Shown here: positions 52,986 to 64,000 of the stretch, in pieces | Position numbering within the stretch: the first letter of the stretch is position 1 | Layout: every line of letters begins with the position of its first letter | The notes under the pieces: model-generated | What the model saw: the letters and a program-made list of their open reading frames with translations, nothing else | Told to the model about the DNA's origin: nothing | Databases searched by the model: none | Position numbers and translations under genes: made by a program | Assembly (NCBI GenBank): GCA_963752485.1 | Contig: CAVVYP010000007.1 | Coordinates: 462,993 to 526,992 of the forward strand | Length of the DNA stretch: 64,000 nucleotides | DNA from: an uncultured Chloroflexia bacterium | GTDB taxonomy: Bacteria; Chloroflexota; Anaerolineae; Caldilineales; Caldilineaceae | Reading direction: 5' to 3'

Positions 52986-53690
52986 CTACGCCGCCTGCCC
53001 GACGATGAAGTCACGCGCATTCATCGGCTGCACCGGCCGTGCGTTCCCCGTGTACAATGCCTTGAACGCCGCTATCTGTCCCGCGGACAATTCCACCGGC
53101 TCCCGCAACATCAACCACTTCACGCCCTCCGTACACGGCGGCGTCGTCAGCGACCCGTCCCAGCGCCAATAGCTGCGATCCTCCGGCAACAGCGCAGCGG
53201 CATCCACAGCTACGCCGGCCACATCCACAGGATCGCCCGGTGCATCCGGCATGTTGTCGAAGACCGGCGCATATGCCTGTGTTCTCCGCACCCTCCACAA
53301 GGAAAACACCCACCACCGCAATCTCGCCCTGGCCGTTCTACGTGGACCAGATGCATTTCCATCTCGGTGGCCACGCCGTCTACCGTGTTTTCGCTCGGAT
53401 TGTGGAAGTGAAACTGCAGCAGCCGGTACCGCTCACCGTCCACCTCCAACCCGCTGCCTGGATCGTAGTTCGCCTGGATCGAATGGCCGTTGTTGACGAT
53501 ATGCAGCGCGAGGGAGGCATAGTCAAAGACGAGGTCAGCCGGATTGACCGGCGCCGTCGACGGGATGTCGATGGGCGATTGCTCCCGCCCCGACTTGCAC
53601 ATCGCAAACGAGCGGGCTCAGATCGCCCCAACGATCTGGGCCATCTGTCGCCCTCATACCCCCAGTGCAATCTCCGGATTGGACTCTACT
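52986..53690 (-). pseudogene. Alpha-class carbonic anhydrase, with at least 2 frameshifts.
   Basis: HWGYEGD, QSPIDI, QFHFHNPSE and GSLTTPPCTEGV motifs spread over three frames. Confidence 0.65.
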
Positions 53691-53951
53691 TGGACACGAT
53701 GTCTCCTTTCACCTGTTGTAGAGACTGCGCAACTCGGACCAGTTCGGACTAGTATCTCGCTCATTCTGCGCACAAATCGCCCTGATCAGTTCGGCGGGGT
53801 CAAACGGCAACGCGTTCGCGGCGCCGGGTAGCCGCGTCAGCCCACGTGCTCCAACATTGCCCGGATGTCGCCTGATGTGCCGGCCGATAGAAGCCCTCCT
53901 CCGCCCACGCCTTCATGCCTGCGGGCACAGCCTGCGCATACGGGAACCTGA

Positions 53952-54778
53952 TCAGCGCCTCCACATCCGCGCCCTGCGCAGGCACTGCCGGCGACCCCAG
54001 TTCGCCAGTGCCGCACGACATCGTGCCTCCAGCGTATCAAAGTATTCGATATTGCCGCGGATCAACTCCGGACCCGGCCCACACCGGCGCATGACAGTAC
54101 AGAGTCGATCGCGCATCGAGCGCATCCAGCCGCGCCAGCGAGTCCCGCAGATCGACAAGTCCGCCTTCGTCCGGTGACGGAAACGGCGTCTCCGCAGCAT
54201 CGCCCGCCAGAACGTGGCGAATCTCCGGAATATAGACTGAGCAGTGGTCAGGCGTATGTCCCGGCGTAGCAAAAAGTCCAGCGTCAGGTCTCCGCCGTCA
54301 ATCGTCAGCGCCTCGTCGAACAGGATGTCCGGCGGGCACAGACGCACGCCGTCATAGACGTCCGGCTGCTCCCGTTGCAGCCGCAGAAGCTGCTCGCTGT
54401 TCTTCGTTCGATCGCATCCGTCGGCGCATCCCGCGTGCCGATGATCGGGCGCCGGCGCCATACCGTCGGGGCAGCGAAAAGCTGATTGCCCCACGCATGG
54501 TCATAGTCCGCGTGCGTATTGACGACGAGCAGCCCGCGTCCGTGCAGATGGGGCCGCGCCAGTTCCAGCAGCGCCTGCGCCGTCGCCTCGTTCACCAGCG
54601 TATCCACCAGCACGACATAGCGCTCGCTGACGACGATGAACACGTGCATGGGCAACGCGTATGCCCCGTACACCAACTCATAGCCGCACACCAGGATGCG
54701 CGGGTCCCAGCCCTGGTTGGGGACAAGCGTCACCTGTGCAATCCCTGCATCGCTCATCGCGGACCTCCCCGTCCGCAA
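53952..54778 (-). pseudogene. MBL-fold metallo-hydrolase, frameshifted.
   Basis: HADYDHAWGN (HxHxDH) motif in ORF 54305..54778. The continuation lies in another frame. Confidence 0.5.
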
Positions 54779-55065
54779 ATCCTCAAGCAGCCGCCCTCCG
54801 ACATGATTGCACGGCAGCCCAGCGACAAATCATAGCGCATCCCGATCCCTGTATGAAGTAGCGCTGCATCTCACCGCGTATCCGAGCTATCTGGAACCGG
54901 CGATACAGAAGCGTGCGCCGCCCTACCGGTACCATTACATACTCGACGCAGCACACCGTCGCAGCAGCCAACATGAGCACAGGGTCCCTCGATCGCACGC
55001 AGTCGTAGGAAGTTTCGTACGTGAGACGTTCCGCCTATTCTGTCAGTCTTCACAAGGAGAAACCC

Positions 55066-55860
55066 ATGCGCAAAATACAAGAGCTCAATCGCCGCACGTT
55101 CCTCATGACCGCCGGCAAGGGCGGCTTCGCACTGCTCTCCGAAATGACCTTCGGCTTTGGCCGCCGCGGACTCGCCGTCGCACTGGGCGGTTCCGGACTT
55201 GCGGCCGCAGCCTGCCAGCCGGTGATGCCGCCGGCCGGCATGTCCGGCGCAGCCGAGCCCGAAGAGATGGCGGCCGCCTACGCTCGCGTGCTTTATGGAC
55301 TTCGTCAGCGCCTATGTTCTCATACGCGGTGCGGAAGTCGCCATCGTCGACACGGGCACGCCCGGCAACGCAGCGAAGTTCGCGGACGTCATCCACGTCC
55401 GCCGGACTCAACTGGAGCGACGTCAACCACGTCATCCTTACCCATCACCACGGCGACCATGTGGGCGGCCTGGCCGAGATCGTCAGCCGCGGCCACCGCC
55501 TCCACCATCTATGCCGGCGAGGCCGACATCCCACAGATCCAGGCGCCTCAGCCGATTCAGCCCGTGCTGGACGGCGACGAGGTCTTCGGCATGCAGATAA
55601 TCGGCACGCCGGGACATACGCTGGGTCACGTCTCCATCTACGATCCGGTAGGCTCGCTCCTGATCGCGGGCGACGCCGTGGCCAATCAGGACAATCTGTT
55701 CACCGGCTCCATCCCCCGTTTCACAGCAGACATGGGCATGGCCAACGACAGCGTCAGGAAGCTGGCGACCCTGTCGTTTGAGACGCTCGTCTTCGGCCAC
55801 GGCGATCCCATCGATACAGGCGCTTCCGAAGCGGTGGCGGAACTGGCAGCCACGCTCTAG
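55066..55860 (+). pseudogene. Tat-secreted MBL-fold metallo-hydrolase, with at least 2 frameshifts.
   Basis: RRTFLMTAGKGG Tat signal. THHHGDHVGG motif in frame 2. C-terminal GTPGHTLGHVSIYD…FGHGDP in frame 1. AAGGAGA RBS. Confidence 0.6.
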
Positions 55861-56041
55861 CGGTGATAGAGTAATCCCGGAAGGCCGTACAGTCCGCCGC
55901 TGCCGCTGAGTCGTAGGTCAGGTCCCCGGCCTGACTCGGTACCGGTGCGTAGATTCCGGCTCAAGGCCGGAATGACAGCGGCGACCCGGTTCCCTTGGAT
56001 TCTCGACGAACGCACACCATCGCATCGGAAAGGCTACTGAC

Positions 56042-56961
56042 ATGCATATCGCAGTGATCGGCGCAGGCAGTCTCGGCGCCGTATACGGCGCGCGCCTGGC
56101 GCAAAGCGGGCAGGACGTCACCCTGATCGACATCGACGAAGAACACATTGCGAGCATCAACGCGCGACGGCCTTCGCTTCGAGGAAGACGGCATGGAGAC
56201 CGTCCTCACCGTGCGCGCCTCCATTGACCCGGCGGCCGTCGCCCAAAGCCGACGTCGCCCTCATCATCGTCAACGCCTACTCCACAGGCGACGCCGCACA
56301 GTCGGCGCATGCCCTGCTCAAAGACGACGGCTACGCGGTCACGCTGCAGAACGGGCTTGGCAATATCGAGGCAATGCAGGAAGTATTGGGCGAAGAGCGC
56401 GTCGTGGGCGGCATCTGCTTCATCAGCGGCGCGCTCAGCGGCCCCGGTGCGGTCAAGCAGACCGGCACAGGCCCCACGCACGTCGGTGAGCTCGACGGCA
56501 CGCGCAGCCAACGTCTCGAGGCCCTGGCCGCTGCGCTGGAACCCGCCGGCCTCAATCCGGTTATTGACGACGACATCATGAACATCATCTGGGGCAAGTT
56601 CGTCCACAACTGCGCGGTCAACGCCGTGTGCGCCATCACCGACCTCAATCCCGGCTACGTGCGCGAGGTGCCGGAGCTGGACGAATTCCGAACCTGCATC
56701 ATCCGCGAAGCTGTGGCCCTGGCCGATGCAGTGGGTGTCGAGCTGCCCGACGAGGACCCGGTCGCCACGATCCAGGCGTGGGCGGCACAGCGCTTCCACC
56801 GGCCTTCCATGATGCAACACCTCGACCGCGGCCTGCCCACCGAAATTGACGCGCTCAACGGATACTGTGCGCGCGAAAGCGCACGTCTCGGCCTGTCCGC
56901 TCCCTGCAACGACGCCATCACGCGGCTCATGAAGGGGCGGGAATACCTGCCCGCGACATGA
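56042..56961 (+). pseudogene. 2-dehydropantoate 2-reductase (ApbA/PanE family), frameshift near 56170.
   Basis: MHIAVIGAGSLGAVYGARLA Rossmann N-terminus. The remainder lies in ORF 56224..56961 (…NGLGN…IIWGKFVHNCAVNA…). Confidence 0.65.
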
Positions 56962-57036
56962 CGCGAAAGGGCCGGCTCGTGGGTCCCGCTGCCACGAACC
57001 GGCCCTGCGTTGCCGCATCCGATATCACTCCTCGCG

Positions 57037-59511
57037 CTACTCCACACGCACCGGCTTCACGCCCCAAATGTCTTCGACATATTCCTGGATCGCCCGGTCC
57101 GAGGAGAAGAAGCCGCAGCGCGCTGAGTTCACGATCGACATGCGCGTCCAGCGTTCCGTGTCCTGGAACGCGGCCGCCGCTGCCTCCGACGCCTCCACAT
57201 ACGGCGCATAGTCCGCCAACAGCATGAACTCGTCACGGTCGAGCAGGCTGGAGACGATGGGCTGGAACAGCTCCTTGTCTCCGCCGGAGAACAATCCCGA
57301 GCCAATGCAATCGATGGCGCGGCGCAACTCCGCATTGCTTTCATAGTATGCCCGCGGGCTATAGCCGTTGCTCTTCGCCTCAAAGACCTCATCCGCCGTC
57401 AGCCCGAACAGGAAGAAGTTCTCCTCGCCCACACGTTCGCGGATCTCGATGTTGGCCCCGTCCAGCGTGCCCACGGTGATCGCGCCGTTGAGCGCGAACT
57501 TCATGTTGCCCGTGCCGGACGCTTCCTTGCCCGCCATCGAGATTTGCTCCGAAACGTCGGCAGCAGGATAGATGTTCTCGGCCAACGTGACGTTGAAGTT
57601 GGGTAGGAACACGACCTTCAACCGATTGCGCACGTCCGGATCGTGGTTGACCACCTCGGCCACATCAGTTGATCAGCTTGATGATCAGCTTCGCCATGTA
57701 GTAGCCCGGCGCGGCCTTGGCTCCAAAGATGAACGTACGCGGGGCCATCTCCATGTCCGGGTTATCCTTGAGCCGGTTGTACAGCGTGATGATGTGCAGC
57801 GCCTTGAGCAATTGCCGCTTGTACTCGTGCAGACGCTTGACCATCACGTCGAACAGGCTCTCCGGATTCACCTGCACCCGTGTAAGCTCCAGGATATGGC
57901 CGGCCAGCTCGCGCTTGTCGTCCAGTTTGATCTCTCGCCAACGCCGGCGGAATTCTTCACTCATCGATATGGTCCTCGAGCTCGCGCAGCCGCTCCAGAT
58001 CGCGCAGCCACCCATCGCCGATCGTCTCGGTGATCAGCTCCGAGAGACGCGGATTGGCGATGCGCATGAAGCGCCGCGGCGACACGCCATTGGTCTTGTT
58101 GTTGAACTTCTCCGGCCAATACTCGGCGAAATCGGGCAGCGTGCGCTCGCGCAGCAGCTCGCTCTGCAACTCGGCGACGCCGTTGACCGAGAAGCTGCCG
58201 ATGGTCGCCAGGTTCGCCATGCGCACCATGCGCTCGTCGCCCTCTTCGATGATCGACATGCGGATCACGCGTGCCTCGTCGTCCGGGTAGCGCTTGCGCA
58301 CCTCACCCAAGAAGCGCTTGTTGATCTCGTAGATGATCTCCAGATGTCGCGGCAATAGCGACTCGAACAGGCTGACCGGCCACCGCTCCAGCGCCTCCGG
58401 CATCAACGTGTGGCACGTATATGCGAATGTGCGCCGCGTGATGTCCCACGCGCGGTCCCAGTCGAGAAAGTACTCGTCCAGAAAGATGCGCATCAATTCC
58501 GGAATGGCGATCACCGGATGGGTGTCGTTGAGCTGGATCACGACCTTTTCCGGGAACTTTTCCAGGTCCTGGTTGCGCAGCCGGAAGCGACGGAAGATGT
58601 CCTTCAACGAACAGGCGACGAAGAAGTACTGCTGCGCCAGCCGCAGCCTCCGCCCCTGCGCGTTGTTGTCATTCGGGTAGAGCACCTTTGTCACGGTCTC
58701 GCTGCGCACCTTGCCTTCAACCGCACGCGCGTAGTCGCCGATGTCGAATAGCTGGAAGTCGAACGCCTTCGTCGCCCGCGCCCGCCACAGGCGAATCAAA
58801 TTGACCGTGCGCGTCCCGTACCCTGGCACAAGCATATGAATCGGCTCGCCCAACAGGTCATTGGCGGGGACCCACCGCGTGCGATAGAGACCTTCCTCGT
58901 CCATGTACCGTTCCGTGTGCCCGCCAAAATGCACCTCCACCATGTCGTCGGGCTGCTGGAATTCCCACGGGTTGCCCAGAAAGAGCCAGTCGTCCGGCTG
59001 CTCCACCTGCCAGCCCTCCTGAAAGGTCTGGGTGAAGATGCCGTACTCATAGCGAATGCCGTAGCCCACTGCGGGGATGTCGAGCGTCGCAAGGGAGTCC
59101 AGATAACACGCAGCCAGCCGGCCCAGGCCGCCGTTGCCAAGCCCGGGTTCCTTGTCCAGGGCAACAAGATCGTCCAGCGAAATGCGGAATTCCGCAGCCG
59201 CCTCTCTCGCCATGTCCCAGGCGCCGGCATAGAGCATGTTCTGCGTCAACTGCTGTCCCAGCAGATATTCGGCAGAGAAGTAGTAGACGAACTTCGGGTT
59301 CGCCTCGTATTGCGCTTCCGAGGTCGCGTGCCAGTTGTGCACGAGCGCGTCGCGCACCGTGTAGGCCAACGCTGTGTAAACGTCGAGCATACTTGCAGAC
59401 TGCACGGCCGAGCCGCGCGACATAGTACAGGCTGTCAATCAATGACTCCTTGAACTTGTCCAGCGTGTCCGTCCTGCGCGTTTGGCTGAGGCTATTTGGA
59501 ATCATGGACAT
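57037..59511 (-). pseudogene. glgP: Alpha-glucan (glycogen/maltodextrin) phosphorylase, GT35, with 3 frameshifts.
   Basis: Family segments (…[16 protein letters not shown]…, [12 protein letters not shown] pyridoxal-phosphate region, …TLYNRLK…) lie in four frames (57037..57663, 57665..58015, 57957..59438, 59047..59511). Confidence 0.7.
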
Positions 59512-59693
59512 CCTCCCCGAATGTCTATTCTACTCGCTACACGTCGTACAAAGATTCGCTGAATCGTATTGCCGGTCGCGGTGACTGGTTCTCGCGGTGA
59601 GCGCCAGCGAACCTGCCCGCCAGAGCCAATGCGCGTCATCTTCCTGCCACCGTAGCGACTCGGCGGCTACTTCCTATACGGTGACTACTTCCT

Positions 59694-61562
59694 CTATATA
59701 TGGAACGGCCAAACCAACGGAATGACCAACAGACTCACGACCAAGAACAGAATCACAAGCGGCAGGCCGACACGCATGTAGTGGTTGAAGCTGTAGCCGC
59801 CCGGCGCCATCACCAACAGATTGGGCGGCGTGCCGATGGGCGTCAACAGCGCCGAAGACGCGCCGACCGCCACAATCATCAGGAAGGGATACGGCGACAA
59901 CCCCAGGCTGAGCGCCGCGGACAAGACGATCGGCGCCACCAGCACCGTCGTGGCCGTGTTGCTGATCACCTGGCTAAACCCAGACGTGAGCACGAAAACG
60001 CCCGCCATCAACGCCAGCGGGCCTAGCGAGCCCAGCGTATTCACCAGCGTGGACGCGATCAACTCCGCGCCGCCAGTCACATTGAGCGCCGTACTCATCG
60101 GAATCATCGCCGCGATCAAGACCACGCTGCTCCATGAGATAGCGCGATAGGCCTGCTCGCCGTTGAGACAGCCCAGCAGCACCATTGCGACTGCCGCCAT
60201 AACGGCCGCAATCACAGTCGGAACCATGCCGCTGACCATCAGCACGATCATGGCGACAAGAATTCCGCCAGCCAGCACCGTATCGCGAGCTGATGTCCAC
60301 TATCTGCTGGGCCATGGCCTCCGGCTGGCCCACCACGACGAAGTTTCGGCGCTCATTCGCCAACTGCTCAATGTTGCTCCACATGCCGCGCACGAGGAGC
60401 GAATCGCCGAACTGCAGCTTGACGCGTTGGCGCATGGCCAGCTCGTTGTTGCGCAGCACGCCCATCACCTGCACGCCGTAGCGCTTGTAGAAGCCGCTCT
60501 CGGCTAACGTCTGGCCGATGAAGCTGGAACGCGGCGTCACCAATACCTCCGCCAGGCCGATCTCGTGCGAAAGCAACGTGCCGGAGAGGGGCTCCGTGTA
60601 CTCGTCCAGACACCTGCACGCCAAAGTTGAAATCGCCCATGGCTTTCTGGACAATGGGCGCCGTGGCGCGCACAAGCAGCTCGTCGCCGGGGCGCAGAAC
60701 TGTATTGCCGTCGGGCATCAACACGTCGTCCAACCCCCAGCCGTCAACAATCGGCTCGCGCTCGCCGTCGTTGTGGTGTTTGACGCTGAGTACCGTGATC
60801 TCGTAATCGTGGCCCAGGCCGGACTCCGCAAGCGTCATACCCGACAGCTTCGACTGCGCACGCACGCGCAGCCGAAACAATTTGCCGTGCAGCGAATACG
60901 CGTCCGCCCACTCGCCCACCGACATGTCCAGGTCCGCCGGCGGCGACAGATTCGTGCGGTCAGGCAACATGCGCACTCCCAGCAGAACCATATAACCGAT
61001 GGCAGACGAGGAGCAGCGGCAGCCCGATCAAGGCGTACGCGAAGAATCCGAACGGCTCGAACCCCGCCGCCGATAGCGTGTCCGCCACCACAATGTTGGG
61101 CGGCGTCCCCGTCAGCGTAAGCAGCCCGCCCGAATTGGCGGCATACGCCAGGGGCATCAGGAACTTGGCCGGTACGCTGGCGACCCCCCATGCCGCAGCC
61201 ACCACAGCGGGCATCAACGCGGCCACCGCCCCCGTGTTGCTCATAAAGGCCGAGAGCGCGGCGGCAAAGACCATGAGGGCCACAAGCAGTCGCAGCGTAC
61301 TGCCGCCTGCCAGCGAACGGAGCCGGCTGCTCATCCAGGCCGTCACCCCGGAACGCGACAATCCCTCGCCTACCACAAAGAGCGCGGCGATCATGATGAC
61401 GGTCGAATCACCGAAGCCGGCCAGTGTCTGCGGCAAGGTAAGGATGCCGGTCAAATACAGGGCCAGCAAGGCCAGCAACGCGATCACATCCGAGCGAAGC
61501 TTGCCCCACACAAATAGGACGACGGTGAGCGCAAGAATGGCGAACGTCAGGTACATGCATTT
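59694..61562 (-). pseudogene. SLC13/DASS-family permease with two central TrkA-C (RCK_C) domains, with 3 or more frameshifts.
   Basis: Two TrkA-C-like segments (…LAEVLVTPRSSFIGQTL…; …MTLAESGLGHDYEITVLSV…) flanked by TM-rich halves in separate frames. Confidence 0.6.
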
Positions 61563-61770
61563 CATCAACGCCAAACTCTCATGATTCGCATCCAAGTGAT
61601 CTCGCGACTTCGCGGCGGCAATCGGATCCTCAATTGCGCCGCGGCAAGGCCGAAGCACACGCCCCCAGCGGACGCGAATTCGCCTACACCCATGACAATA
61701 TACGCATCAGCGCTGCAACGACAAACATCTGCGCCGGCGAACTGCACGCGATTACCGGGGAGTCCGGACT

Positions 61771-63859
61771 AACTCTTGATCTCGGCGGCGAGAATGACCA
61801 CCGTGCGCGGTTGCACGGTGTAGACATACGATTCGACCGACGGGCGCCGTCGCCATTTCGCTGAAGTCGTCGGGCGGCTCCAGATACGTGTCGACGATTC
61901 GACGCCAGCGCCCATTGCGACCGCTGTTCAGACCTGCGGCAATTCAAACTCCAGCGCCTCCCAGTAGGCGTTGACGATCACCTGAAATGAGAAACTCCGG
62001 CCTCGTACTGTGAACGAGAACGTGTGTGAATCATCGCCCCAGTCCGGCTGGTGCAACTTGACGCCGTGCCACTGGATGCGCGCCCGTTCCAGCAACTCCG
62101 TCAGACAAAGGCCGTGGTCATCGCGAAAAGATGTCCAGATCCTGGCGCAGCCGGATCAACCGCTTCACGAAGCGGTGCATATCCGCGTGCTTCTCGACCA
62201 GGTCTCCAGTCGAACCAACTGATCTCGTTGTCCTGGCAATAGGCATTGTTGTTGCCGCGCTGCGTCCGGCGCACTTCGTCGCCCATCAGCAACATGGGCA
62301 CGCCCAGCGCGCCGAGCGTCACGACGAAGAAGTTCTTCACCTGGCGGTTGCGCAGCCGCTCGATCTCCGGATCGTCGGTGGGTCCCTCGACGCCGCAATT
62401 CCAGCTCAGGTTGTAGTTGTGGCCGTCGCGGTTGTGTTCGCCGTTGGCCGCATTGTGTTTCTCGTTGTACGAGACGACATCGTTCAGCGTGAACCCGTCG
62501 TGGCAGGTGACGAAGTTGATGCTCTGCTCCGGCTCGCGATCGGCATGTCCGTACAGATCCGGGCTGGCCAGAAAGCGTGCAGCCACGTCCTCGGTCATGC
62601 CCTCGGTCGCCCTTCAGAAACGCGCGCACGTCATCCCGGAAATGGCCGTTCCATTCCTTCCAGTGGTCGCCGGCAAAGTTGCCCACCTGGTAGAGACCCG
62701 CCGCATCCCACGCCTCGGCGATCAGCTTTGTTCCGGCCAGCACGGGGTCCGTCTCGATGTCCCAGAGGATGGGCGGATTCGCCAGCGGCACGCCCTCCTC
62801 GTCGCGCGAGAGGATCGACGCCAGATCAAAGCGGAAGCCGTCCACGTGCATCTCCTCCACCCAGTAGTGGAGGCTGTCCAGGATCATACGCCGCACCACA
62901 GGCTGGTTGGCGTTCAGCGTGTTGCCGGTGCCGCTGTAGTTGGCGTAGCGAGCGCGGTTCTCCGTCAGAATGTAGTAGGCGCTGTTCTCCAGCCCCTTGA
63001 AGCAGAAGGTCGGCCCGGCGTGATTGCCCTCCGCCGTGTGGTTGTAGACCACATCCAGGATCACCTCGATGCCCGCCCGGTGCAGCGCCTTGACCATGTC
63101 GCGGAACTCGTTGAGCGGGCCCAGCGGATCCTGGTTGGAGCTGTACGCGCAGTGCGGCGCAAAGAACGAGACGGGATTGTAGCCCCAGTAGTTGGTCAGT
63201 CCCGAGCGGCGCTTCCTGCGCATCGAACTGGAACACCGGCAACAATTCCACCGCGGTGACGCCCAACTCTTTGCAGATAGGGAATCTTCTCCACCAGACC
63301 GGCGTAGGTGCCGCGCTTGTCTCGCGGCAACACCCGAGTTCGGGTGTCTGCGTAAAGCCGCGCACATGCATCTCGTAGATGACGGTGCGGGCAAAGGGCG
63401 GCCGCAGCGGCTCGTCGCCTTCCCAGTCATAGCTGGACTCATCGACCACCACGCTGCGCATGGCGTAGGGCGTGTTGTCGCCAAGCGCTCTTGGCCGCGT
63501 CGCGACTGTACTGCGCCGGCACAGCAACCGCCCGCCCATACGGGTCCAGCAGCAGCTTCTCCCCATCGAAGCGTAGCCCCGCCTCCGGATAGTTCGGTCC
63601 AAAGGCTCGGTAGCCGTACACCTGACCGTTGCCGATGCCTGGCACAAACGCATGCCAGTAGTGAAAGGTACGGTTGCGTTTGGGATGCAACGGGATAACG
63701 CTGGCAGGTTCCGCGATCGTCCGGGCCGTCAAATAGAAGAAGATGGAGTTCCGTGCTGCTCTTGGAATAGACGGAGAAGTTGACGCCGCCGGGAACCACT
63801 GTAGCCCCAAGGGGAAAGGTGCGTCCGGCTCCGATCTCCGGATTGCGTTTTCTGCTCAC
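61771..63859 (-). pseudogene. glgX: Glycogen debranching enzyme GlgX (GH13 isoamylase), with at least 4 frameshifts.
   Basis: N-terminus PLGATVVPGGVNFSVYS…LHLLLFD. GH13 motifs DVVYNHT, GFRFDLAS, EAWD and [10 protein letters not shown] distributed over several frames. Confidence 0.7.
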
Positions 63860-64000
63860 AAAGCGCCCTGTCTGCTATGCCATGTCCTGCGTGGAGCGAT
63901 CCATCCAGTGTGCCGGGGCCGAGGCGCAGCCGTGCAGACGTCGAGGAATCCACGCGTATTGACGCCCGCTGGCGCGAGTTGAACACGATTTCGTATCGAC

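Noticed and set aside
1-64000. CRISPR array, rRNA or tRNA genes
   Set aside because: No regularly spaced direct repeats of 25-40 bp were found. No tRNA T-loop or acceptor-like structures were recognised in the intergenic regions I examined. A manual tRNA scan is not exhaustive, so tRNAscan/Aragorn should still be run.

Overview
The window is 64 kb of high-GC (roughly 65%) bacterial chromosome, densely coding on both strands. Gene content is mostly carbohydrate metabolism and signalling. It includes:
- an oxidoreductase / sugar-phosphate-isomerase / glycoside-hydrolase cluster (10.7-18.9 kb);
- a LacI-controlled ABC-transporter + GH32 fructan/sucrose locus (20.9-27.3 kb);
- a glycogen catabolic pair (glgP, glgX) split by an SLC13/TrkA-C permease (57-64 kb);
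- nadA, an alpha-carbonic anhydrase, two MBL-fold hydrolases, a sulfatase, a DsrE-like protein and a PCu(A)C copper chaperone;
- a UvrD-type helicase, one intact NarL-type two-component pair plus an orphan CheY-like receiver, and one heavily decayed sensor-kinase/response-regulator pair.

Accessory-looking material:
- a 1450-bp IS701-family element with CTAG target duplication, cleanly splitting a glycoside-hydrolase gene;
- a same-strand membrane cluster: polytopic-TM/SPFH fusion, PA-IL(LecA)-like lectin-fold protein and tandem-TerB protein;
- two signal-peptide proteins of unknown function;
- a small soluble gene under a promoter buried in a 19-bp perfect inverted repeat carrying two GAAC-N4-GTTC (LexA/Cheo-type) boxes.

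About half of the longer genes carry one or more 1-bp frameshifts. These are spread very unevenly, so the window reflects either extensive pseudogenisation or assembly indel errors.

I found no rRNA, tRNA or CRISPR array. All calls rest on reading the supplied six-frame translations and the raw sequence; no database search was possible.
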